DNA from: Polyangiaceae bacterium
Lineage (GTDB): Bacteria > Myxococcota_A > Polyangia > Polyangiales > Polyangiaceae
DNA: 23,580 nucleotides
Reading direction: 5' to 3'
NCBI GenBank assembly: GCA_044222475.1
Contig: JBGANF010000122.1
Span: 1 to 23,580 of the forward strand
Part shown: one piece after another, positions 15,801-23,342 of the stretch
Position numbering within the stretch: position 1 is the stretch's first letter
How the letters are laid out: each line of letters opens with the position of its first letter
Made by a program: the position numbers and the translations under genes
The notes under the pieces: model-generated
Told to the model about the DNA's origin: nothing
Database searches by the model: none
Seen by the model: the letters and a program-made list of their open reading frames with translations, nothing else

Positions 15801-18800
15801 CTACTCCTTGAACCCGTCGACCGAGGTCAGCTCTTCGGGGAGCGGGCCGGCGGTGTACGCGCACTCCATCGGGCGCGCGCTCACGACCGCGGGCCAGTCC
15901 GTCGTCTTCGCCTGGAAGACGATGGAGTGGGCGAGGTCGTCGGGGAAGATCAGCGCGCCGTACTGGTAGTCGCCGTCGCCACCGGAGTCGTCGTCGTTGG
16001 CTTCGATCGCCGCCATGCACGCGTCGCGTGCGTTCGCGCCTTGACGCACCTTGGCGCGGTTGCTCGCGAGGACGTGCCCCGCGCCGTCGATCTCGATGAT
16101 GACCGGCCGGCGCGATCCGTTGTTGTACGCCGCTTCGTACACGATCGTCGCGGGGTCGCCGGTGGGTGCGCCGTCGCAGCCCTTCGGCGCGTCGCCGAGC
16201 GACTTCTGGGTCGCGAGCTGGACGCCGGCCGGCAGATCGGTGTCGTTCTTCATCGGAACGGCGAACGCTCGCGCAGGCGAGCGGATCGTCGAGACGAAGA
16301 TCGGCTTGCCACCGAGCGTCGCGATCGACACCGGCGCCTCCATGTCGTCGAGGCCGCCCATCACCGACCACGCGTTCATCTTGCCTTCGGTGAGGAACCA
16401 CATGTTCCACGTCTCGGACGAGCTCGCGACGAGCGCCGACGACCCGTCGATCGTGACGACGTGCGAGTTGTCGCCGTCGACGTCTTCGGTCGGGAACTTG
16501 AGCTTCTCGATCTTGCCGTCGTCGCGGAGCAGGTAGATCGGCGTCCCCGGCTTCGGCTTGGCGTTGCCGTTGTCGTCGTAGTCGTCCTCGCCGTCGTAGA
16601 CGGGCGGGCGGAAGTAGGTGCCCTTGTCGCCGAGGGAGAGGACCTCGGGCAGGGTGCGGTACGGCATCGTCGGGCCGGTCTCGCCGGTGGGGTCCTTCGT
16701 GACGCGGAACGGCGGATTCTTCGCGACCGCGCCGCGGAAGATCTTGCCGTTCGAGTCGCGGTACCACGCGACGCTCGCGTCGACCGGGTTGAACCGACCC
16801 GGTCCCTTGCGTTCGCGCAGGTAGCTGTAGCGAAGGAACACGACGCCGCCGTTCTGCACGTGCATCGTCGTACCGGAGCCGAACTTCGGCGGAACGGGAG
16901 CGGGGCCGAAGACCGGCATCGACGTCGTCTTGGTGATCGGATCGCCGCGCTTGTTGAGCGCGAGCGCGATCGTGCCGTCGGTCGTGCGGGTCGGCATGAC
17001 CCAGCGGCTCTGCGCGTGATCGACGTTGTCGACGTTGGGGTACCAACCGCCGCCGATCGTGACCCAGCGATCCTTCGCGCTGCAGCGGATCGGCTTCATG
17101 TAGGCGACCTTGTCCGTCTTGGACGCGGCCGGGTCGGCCATGGGCGGAGGTGCGTCCCACCCGGCGCGGATGCCTCGGTCGAGGAGGCAACCGCGTTCGT
17201 TGCAGAAGTCGATGTCGTTCACGAACTGCGGGAACGCGACCTTGCCCCACGTCTTGCCGCCGTCGACCGTCTCGTAGCCTTCGGTCGGGTGAGCGGAGCT
17301 CTGCGCGAGACCGTGGATTCCGGCGAACGCCGCGCGGTTCGCGTCGGGCGGGAGGTTCACGAGCGCGACGCCGGCGCCGTCCTTGAACGTGAAACCGCCG
17401 CCCTTGCCGCTGCGACGAACGAAGCCGTGGATCGTCCCGTCGTCGTCGTAGCTCAGCGTGGCCGAGGCGGCGTCGTTGCTCTGGCCGACGCTGCCGAGAT
17501 CCTCCGGCGTCGTGGTGCCGGCCTTGAAGCGCATCAGGCGCGCGTCGTCACCGTCGCTCGCGAGCGCGTAGATCGCCCCGTTCGACGCGTTGGTGGCGAA
17601 TCGTACCCATTTGGTATCGGTGTCGGACGCGACGTCGACGAAGGTGGACGCGTACGACGAGCGCACGCGCGCGGGCAGACAGGCCGACTGATAGACCGTC
17701 CCGCAGCGCGCGCCGAGGAAGACCCATCCACCTTCGCCGATCGCGAGCGGCTCTTCGCCGGGCGCGGGGATTCCGCCCTCGACGGTGCCTTCTTCCTTCC
17801 ACGTCTGGCCGAAGTCCTCGCTGCGGAAGAGCTTCGTGATCAACCCGAGCGACCCGCCGTCGGGCGCGGTGCCGCTCTTGCCGTACGAAGCGCGGACGGT
17901 GCCTCCCGCGTCGCGATCGATCCCGCCGGTCAACGAGCCGCGTGCATCGCACGCGAGGAGCACGCTCTCGCCGCGGATCGCCGCGTTGACGCGATCGCAA
18001 CCGTCGAGGATGTCGAGGTGCTTGGGAACCGGTACCTGCCCGAAGTCGAAGACGGCGACCACGTACGATCGCTGGTTCTTGCCTTCGAAGCCGACTTGGA
18101 CGACGCGCTTTCCGTCGGCGCGGCGCGTCGGGAACTGGTTCATGGTGTCGGGCCAGTGCGGACCCTTCGGCGTGCGGCCCGAGTGCACGTACTGGGTGAA
18201 CGTGCCGTACGCCGGGTCGAGTTGGTACGTGTCGTTGCGGCCGTCGACGACGACGGTGCCGAGGTCGTTTCGGATCTCGCGCACGCCGTCGGGTGGGGCT
18301 TTGATCGCGGTCCAGGTGACGCCGTCGTCCTTCGACGAGAAGAGGTGGAGCGGCGCCGTCGAGAGGAGGCCGCCGTTGTTGCCGAGCGCCACGTCGACGA
18401 TGGGACCTTCACGACCGGGGATCTCGATCTTCGTCCACGTCTTCGCGTCGGCGGTGCGCATGAGGTCGCCGTTCGGGTCGACCGCGACGATGCAGCTCTT
18501 GCCCACCGTGACGACGCGCGCGTGCTCGACGCCCTTGCCCATGATCGTGAACGGGCCGAGCGGCTCTTTGACGACGTAGACCGCGCCGCTCGCGCCGACG
18601 AAGCGAATCGTCCCTTCGACCGGCTGCGCGCCGGCGATCGACTCGGGGAGGAGCGTGTCGGCCGACTCGAGGCCCTTCGCGCCTTCGAGCCAACGCTCGC
18701 CGCCGGAGCCGTACCAGAGCGTCCCTCCAGTGGCGGTGGTGACCGATCCGACCGGAGCCCAGCGCGAAGTGGGCGCGAGCGACCATCGCGCCGGGGTGTC

Positions 18801-18947
18801 GAACTTGGGTCCCGGCGGCGTGACCGGAGTCGACGCGATGACGGTGGGGACGTTCTGCGGACCGGGTGTCGCCGGTGAGCACGCATAGCCGAGGGCGAGC
18901 AACGGAACCGCAACGAGGGGGATTGCCAGAGGAGCGACGCGCTTCAT
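15801..18947 (-). CDS. Large lipoprotein with BNR/Asp-box repeats (beta-propeller-like)
   Basis: MKRVAPLAIPLVAVPLLALGYA-C. Asp-boxes RTADAKTW, SSKDDGVTW, RSEDFGQTW, ETVDGGKTW. Confidence 0.82.
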   Translation of the reverse strand: MKRVAPLAIPLVAVPLLALGYACSPATPGPQNVPTVIASTPVTPPGPKFDTPARWSLAPTSRWAPVGSVTTATGGTLWYGSGGERWLEGAKGLESADTLLPESIAGAQPVEGTIRFVGASGAVYVVKEPLGPFTIMGKGVEHARVVTVGKSCIVAVDPNGDLMRTADAKTWTKIEIPGREGPIVDVALGNNGGLLSTAPLHLFSSKDDGVTWTAIKAPPDGVREIRNDLGTVVVDGRNDTYQLDPAYGTFTQYVHSGRTPKGPHWPDTMNQFPTRRADGKRVVQVGFEGKNQRSYVVAVFDFGQVPVPKHLDILDGCDRVNAAIRGESVLLACDARGSLTGGIDRDAGGTVRASYGKSGTAPDGGSLGLITKLFRSEDFGQTWKEEGTVEGGIPAPGEEPLAIGEGGWVFLGARCGTVYQSACLPARVRSSYASTFVDVASDTDTKWVRFATNASNGAIYALASDGDDARLMRFKAGTTTPEDLGSVGQSNDAASATLSYDDDGTIHGFVRRSGKGGGFTFKDGAGVALVNLPPDANRAAFAGIHGLAQSSAHPTEGYETVDGGKTWGKVAFPQFVNDIDFCNERGCLLDRGIRAGWDAPPPMADPAASKTDKVAYMKPIRCSAKDRWVTIGGGWYPNVDNVDHAQSRWVMPTRTTDGTIALALNKRGDPITKTTSMPVFGPAPVPPKFGSGTTMHVQNGGVVFLRYSYLRERKGPGRFNPVDASVAWYRDSNGKIFRGAVAKNPPFRVTKDPTGETGPTMPYRTLPEVLSLGDKGTYFRPPVYDGEDDYDDNGNAKPKPGTPIYLLRDDGKIEKLKFPTEDVDGDNSHVVTIDGSSALVASSSETWNMWFLTEGKMNAWSVMGGLDDMEAPVSIATLGGKPIFVSTIRSPARAFAVPMKNDTDLPAGVQLATQKSLGDAPKGCDGAPTGDPATIVYEAAYNNGSRRPVIIEIDGAGHVLASNRAKVRQGANARDACMAAIEANDDDSGGDGDYQYGALIFPDDLAHSIVFQAKTTDWPAVVSARPMECAYTAGPLPEELTSVDGFKE

Positions 18948-18991
18948 CGGGCGCGAGGGTACCGCGAAACGAGTATGCTGGGGGTCTCCCC

Positions 18992-21673
18992 ATGAGCACG
19001 AGAGCACGTCTTTTTGCAGCGGCAGCGGTGACCCTCTTCGCGGCCTGCGCGACGCTGCCGGCCGAGGACGAGCCGATTTCGGCGACCTCGAGCGCCGCCA
19101 CCTGCGTCGACAACGGCTCCGGCGTCGGCGTCGGCAACGGGTCGGACGGCGCGCTGACGGTGAACGCCGGCACGACGACGATCGACACGGTCGCGACGAC
19201 GGCCCAAGGGACCATCGCGACGACGAGCGTCACGCTCGGGAACGCGGCCGGGTTCGGCGCGGGGACGATCATCCTCCTCCATCAATCGCAAGGCGCCGGC
19301 GCCGGCACGTGGGAGATGGCGCGCATCGTGTCGCTGGCCGGGAACGTGGCCACCGTGGGGCTCCCGCTCGCGGCCACGTACACGACCGCCGGCCCTGCGC
19401 ACGCGCAGGCGATCCTGGTTCCTCAGTTCACGACGGTCACGGTCGCCGCAGCGGCGACGCTGACCGCACCGGCGTGGAACGGGACGACGGGCGGCATCCT
19501 CGTGATGCTCGCGAACGGAGCGGTCACGATCAACGGCGTCGTCGACATGCTGGGTCGCGGCTACCGCGGCGGACCGGGCGACGGCGGCAACAACAGCGGC
19601 GGCACGTGCAAGGGTGGATTCCAAGGCGAGTCGCCCACCGGCGTGGGTGTCTCTGCGATCACGGCGAACGGGAGCGGCGGTGGCGCAGGTGGCGCGAACG
19701 TCAACTGCTGCGGTGGCTGCCCGGGCAACAAGGCGACGGCCACGCCCGCGGGCGGCGGCGGCGGATACGGCACCGCGGGCGCGAACGGTGTCGATGGATT
19801 GCCGGCGGGGATCGGCGCGGGCGGAGCGACGACCGGCGTCGCGAACCTGACGAGCCTCTTCTTCGGCAGCGGCGGCGGCTCGGGCGGTGGCAACTGCGCG
19901 GCGAGCTCGCAGCCGGCCGGCAACGGAGGCGGCGCGATCGTCGTCTCGGCGACGTCGATCGTCCTCGCGACCGGCGCAGCGCGACTCCGCGCGGACGGCG
20001 CGAAGGGTGGAGAGATCCCCAACAACTGGGAAGGTGGCTCGGGTGGTGGTGCGGGCGGTGCGATCGCGCTGTCGACGCAGACGGCGACGGTGCCGAACGG
20101 GACGATCACGTCGCTCGGTGGCGCGGGTGGATTCACCTGCACGACCGGCGGAGCGGGCGGCAACGGACGCATCCAGATGGCGGTCGGCTCGTACGCGCAA
20201 GGGAGCCCGGCGTCGGCGTCTCCGGCGGCCAACGGCGTGGGGTTCTGCTCGTTCGCGGCGTGCCTCTCGAACGCGGACTGCAGCGGAGGAAAGCCGGTGT
20301 GCGATCCGGTTTCGCGCGCGTGCGTCGGCTGTCTGCAAGACAACCAGTGCCTCAACACGCAGTGGTGCAACATCTCGCAGACGACGTGCACCGGGAAGCT
20401 CACGAACGGCACGACGATCCCGACGGATCCGCCGCACGCGAACCCGACGTTGAACGGCACGTGCACGAGCCAAGCCGCGACGACGACGTGCATCGCCGGC
20501 GTGTGCGACACGAAGGACAATCGCTGCGGGTACCTGAACGGGAGCGGCCCGTGCACCTCCCAGAACGCGGCGACCGTGTGCCGCAGCGGGGCGTGCAGCG
20601 CGAACGGCGGCGTGTGCATCCCGACCGGCGGCTGCGCGGTCGACACCGACTGCAACACGCAGACGCAGTGGTGCAACGTCTCGACGTTCACGTGTACCAA
20701 CAAGGTACCGAACGGGCTCTCGGTCCCGAACGACCCGCAGCACGGCACGCCGACGATCGACGGAAAGTGCACCGGTCCGGCGGCGAACGTGACGTGCGTC
20801 TCCGGCGTGTGCGACACGTCGGACGACAAGTGCGGCTACGCCGACGGCACCGGTCCGTGCACGTCGCAGAACGGCGCGACGGTGTGCCGGAGCGGGCTCT
20901 GCGGAAGCGGCGGCGTCTGCATCTCGCAGGGCACCTGCACGGTCGACGCGGACTGTCCGAACGGCTGGTGCAACATCAGCGCGAAGATCTGCGCGAACAA
21001 GATCCCGAACGGGACGCAGGTGCCGAGCGATCCGCCGCACGCGAACCCGACGCTCGACGGCAAGTGCTCCGGCCCGGCGGCGACGCTGACGTGCGTGTCC
21101 GGCGTCTGCGATCCCAAGGACGACAAGTGCGGGCTCCTGTCCGGTACGGGACCCTGCACGCCGCAGAACGGACCGATCGTGTGCCGCAGCGGGCTCTGCA
21201 GCGCGGGCGGAGTGTGCATCGATCCGGGGACGTGCGCGTCGGACGCGGATTGTCCCGATGCGTGGTGCAACATCGCGGCGCAGAAGTGCACGCCGAAGGT
21301 GCCGAACGGAAACGCCGTCCCGACGGACACGGGGCACACGACGCCGAAGATCGACGGGAAGTGCAACCCGGAGGCGGGGAAGCTCGTGTGCGTGTCGGCG
21401 GTGTGCGATCCGAAGGACGACAAGTGCGGCCTGAGTGACGGCACGCCGTGCGATCCGAAGGCGAACCAGTGCCGATCGGGTCAGTGCCAGAGCGGGCTCT
21501 GCGGCGGAACGGATGGTGGCATCGTGATCCCGACGGACGATCCGGTGATCCTGCTGGAGGGCGGCGGCTGCGGCTGCAACTCGACGTCGAACGTGGGAGG
21601 CAATGGACTCACGATCCTGGGAGCCATCGCGGTGCTGGGAGCGATGCGGCGCCGGCGACGCCTCTCCCCGTAA
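18992..21673 (+). CDS. Surface protein: lipoprotein-like signal, Gly-rich domain, four ~100-aa Cys-rich repeats, MYXO-CTERM sorting signal
   Basis: LFAA-C at the N-terminus, GGGAGG/GSGGGSGG tracts, repeats anchored on WCN, C-terminal EGGGCGC + hydrophobic helix + RRRRR. Confidence 0.9.
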   Translation: MSTRARLFAAAAVTLFAACATLPAEDEPISATSSAATCVDNGSGVGVGNGSDGALTVNAGTTTIDTVATTAQGTIATTSVTLGNAAGFGAGTIILLHQSQGAGAGTWEMARIVSLAGNVATVGLPLAATYTTAGPAHAQAILVPQFTTVTVAAAATLTAPAWNGTTGGILVMLANGAVTINGVVDMLGRGYRGGPGDGGNNSGGTCKGGFQGESPTGVGVSAITANGSGGGAGGANVNCCGGCPGNKATATPAGGGGGYGTAGANGVDGLPAGIGAGGATTGVANLTSLFFGSGGGSGGGNCAASSQPAGNGGGAIVVSATSIVLATGAARLRADGAKGGEIPNNWEGGSGGGAGGAIALSTQTATVPNGTITSLGGAGGFTCTTGGAGGNGRIQMAVGSYAQGSPASASPAANGVGFCSFAACLSNADCSGGKPVCDPVSRACVGCLQDNQCLNTQWCNISQTTCTGKLTNGTTIPTDPPHANPTLNGTCTSQAATTTCIAGVCDTKDNRCGYLNGSGPCTSQNAATVCRSGACSANGGVCIPTGGCAVDTDCNTQTQWCNVSTFTCTNKVPNGLSVPNDPQHGTPTIDGKCTGPAANVTCVSGVCDTSDDKCGYADGTGPCTSQNGATVCRSGLCGSGGVCISQGTCTVDADCPNGWCNISAKICANKIPNGTQVPSDPPHANPTLDGKCSGPAATLTCVSGVCDPKDDKCGLLSGTGPCTPQNGPIVCRSGLCSAGGVCIDPGTCASDADCPDAWCNIAAQKCTPKVPNGNAVPTDTGHTTPKIDGKCNPEAGKLVCVSAVCDPKDDKCGLSDGTPCDPKANQCRSGQCQSGLCGGTDGGIVIPTDDPVILLEGGGCGCNSTSNVGGNGLTILGAIAVLGAMRRRRRLSP
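20329..21505 (+). repeat. Four tandem coding repeats of 297-306 bp (12 Cys in a full unit; last unit shortened)
   Basis: TGGTGCAAC anchors at 20363, 20669, 20966 and 21263 (spacings 306, 297, 297). Confidence 0.9.
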
Positions 21674-21674
21674 A

Positions 21675-21700
21675 CGTGCCCGTGCCCGTGCCCGTGCCCG
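21675..21700 (+). repeat. Hexamer microsatellite (CGTGCC)x4
   Basis: cgtgcccgtgcccgtgcccgtgcccg, starting 1 nt after the TAA of the surface protein. Confidence 0.9.
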
Positions 21701-21788
21701 ATCGGCAACGCTGACCGACTCGCCACCTGAGAGAGGGAGAATTGGAGAGAGAGATGGGGTGCCCCCCACTCATTTCTTCGATGGATCT

Positions 21789-21905
21789 CACAGCCGTGCT
21801 CGGCCACGTGCTCGCATTTCGCCGCGCACCCGTTCGGCCTAATCCCACACTGGGATAGCCATGGCGCGGCGAAATGCTGCGCGCGTGGGCCTGCGCGCGG
21901 CTGTG
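21789..21905. repeat. Long imperfect inverted repeat / hairpin (117 nt)
   Basis: Perfect 14-bp core GCATTTCGCCGCGC (21814-27) / GCGCGGCGAAATGC (21864-77), extended outward to CACAGCCG/CGGCTGTG. Apical ATCCCA-cac-TGGGAT stem. Confidence 0.85.
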
Positions 21906-21915
21906 CGCCCCCCAA

Positions 21916-21941
21916 ACTTGCGCCGCAGGAGCGGCGCAAGT
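21916..21941. repeat. Perfect 11-bp hairpin ACTTGCGCCGC-AGGA-GCGGCGCAAGT
   Basis: Read directly. Extendable by the flanking C6/G5 runs. Confidence 0.9.
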
Positions 21942-22008
21942 GGGGGTCGCGATACGCGATGCTTTGATGGCCTCCCCGGCGCTCGGGATCGTCAGTGCCG
22001 ACCAGCTC

Positions 22009-22046
22009 CGCCAACGTTGGTGGCGACTCTCGCCAACGTTGGCGAG
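22009..22046. repeat. Two CCAACGTTGG palindromes 22 bp apart; the second extends to an 18-bp perfect palindrome
   Basis: CCAACGTTGG at 22011-20 and 22033-42. CTCGCCAACGTTGGCGAG at 22029-46. Confidence 0.88.
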
Positions 22047-22079
22047 GTTTGGGGAAGCTTCGCGTTCAGCTCACGCTTT

Positions 22080-22823
22080 TCAGGCCATCTTTGCGGCCTT
22101 GCCGACAAGCCTGGACCGCGCGATGTCTTCGATCGTTGGAAGTGCGACCCGGTCGTCCACATCGCGTGTAACGATGCCGCCTCTCGCGACACATGCACCG
22201 TCGAGCGCGCTCGGGATCGCTTTGCCGATGAGCACGTGGAGCCCGACGCCGCAGGCCCAAAAGGGATACACGCGGTAGCCGTTGAACCGACTCACGAACG
22301 GCAAGGTGAGAACCGTCTTGAGAGTCTTCGACAACACGACGACGACATGGACGTTCTCAGGTATCGGTCCTCCGTGCAGGATGTAGTCGGCCATCGGCCT
22401 GCGATATGGGCCCAGATTCGCGGCCTCCGCGTACCGGCTCGCCGTGAAGCGGTGCACCACACCGACCGCAAAGCGTGCGATGGGCGAACAGTCCGGCTCG
22501 ATCGCTCCCTCGAACCAAGGAAAGCTCCCATCACGCTGAACGACGACATCGAGCATGTAGTCCTCGTCCGACTTGAAGACGGCCTCGCAGGAGTCGCAGC
22601 ACAGGTAGTCGTGTGGGAGCTCGTCCTTGAGAAATGCGCGACCGCCGGCCACTGTCAGTCGGTTGGTCGGGGCGTCCTTCGCCTGTTCGTGCGCTCGAGC
22701 CTCCATCACCCGCTTGCCAAGGCCCCGACTGAGGATGTGACTATCCCTGAGGTCTCGCACCTCACGACACAGAACGCAGGGCAGCGGCCCTGTCGGCTTC
22801 ACTAGTGCGCTTTCCTGAGCCAT
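22080..22823 (-). CDS. HNH-endonuclease-like zinc-binding protein (start uncertain: 22802, 22823 or 22847)
   Basis: CVLC...DSHILS...YLCCDSCE-x-x-F pattern (CxxC-SH-CxxC). Many A/T-ending codons, unlike the genes to the left. Confidence 0.6.
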   Translation of the reverse strand: MAQESALVKPTGPLPCVLCREVRDLRDSHILSRGLGKRVMEARAHEQAKDAPTNRLTVAGGRAFLKDELPHDYLCCDSCEAVFKSDEDYMLDVVVQRDGSFPWFEGAIEPDCSPIARFAVGVVHRFTASRYAEAANLGPYRRPMADYILHGGPIPENVHVVVVLSKTLKTVLTLPFVSRFNGYRVYPFWACGVGLHVLIGKAIPSALDGACVARGGIVTRDVDDRVALPTIEDIARSRLVGKAAKMA

Positions 22824-22907
22824 GGCGCGATCGACGGAGCGTGACACGGCCTTCCGGAAACGCTGCGGCCCGTCGGGGCGCGCCGTTCTCCTCTGGTCAG
22901 GATGGGA

Positions 22908-23342
22908 TCATTGACCCGACGGGCCGCAAGGCAGTCCGCTGCAACCGCGATCGCCCGTGCAGCAGTAGGCCTTCGTCTGAATGGTGCCGCAGCCACCGAC
23001 GATCCCGTAGCACGAGCACCGCGCCGAGCCATCCGGTAGACCCTCGCAGAAGCCGATGCACGTCTCCCCGTTACAGCAACCGAACGCGTACTTGCTCGGG
23101 TTGAGGTTCTTGCACGGCTCCCAGTTGCCGTCAGCCGAGGGCCCGCCATCGATGACGTTGTAGCCGCTGTACGGGTCGACATCGGCAGCAGTTCGATCCC
23201 AGTTCGCGTCTGCCGGGTTGAAGAACGTGTCTTCGAGAAACTGGGCGTCGGACTCGTCGGCGTCCGCGACCGTCGCGTCGACTGGAACCGTCGCTGGCGT
23301 TCCGCACGCGGACACCGCTGCGATCAGTAGAGCCGATGTCAT
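22908..23342 (-). CDS. Small lipoprotein with C-terminal 12-Cys domain
   Basis: MTSALLIAAVSA-C lipobox, Asp/Ala-rich linker, ATGA overlap with the upstream gene. Confidence 0.7.
   Translation of the reverse strand: MTSALLIAAVSACGTPATVPVDATVADADESDAQFLEDTFFNPADANWDRTAADVDPYSGYNVIDGGPSADGNWEPCKNLNPSKYAFGCCNGETCIGFCEGLPDGSARCSCYGIVGGCGTIQTKAYCCTGDRGCSGLPCGPSGQ

Noticed and set aside
20329..21505. CRISPR array or DGR template/variable repeats
   Set aside because: The repeats are in-frame ~300-bp protein repeats with general divergence, not adenine-specific changes. There are no spacers, cas genes or reverse transcriptase.
21789..21905. SRP (4.5S) RNA or 6S RNA
   Set aside because: Length fits SRP, but the conserved domain IV motif with a GGAA tetraloop is absent on both strands. 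It is too short for 6S and I see no typical large central bubble. An Rfam search would settle it.
22009..22046. Integron attC site (CGCCAAC...GTTGGCG)
   Set aside because: The AAC/GTT boxes are only about 22 nt apart, shorter than known attC sites. There are no L boxes, no repeated cassette structure and no integrase in the window.
21481..22805. ORFs 21481..22014 (-), 21861..22805 (+) and 21874..22278 (+) across the hairpin region
   Set aside because: No recognisable motifs or host codon bias, and they overlap better-supported genes. The gap is treated as non-coding.
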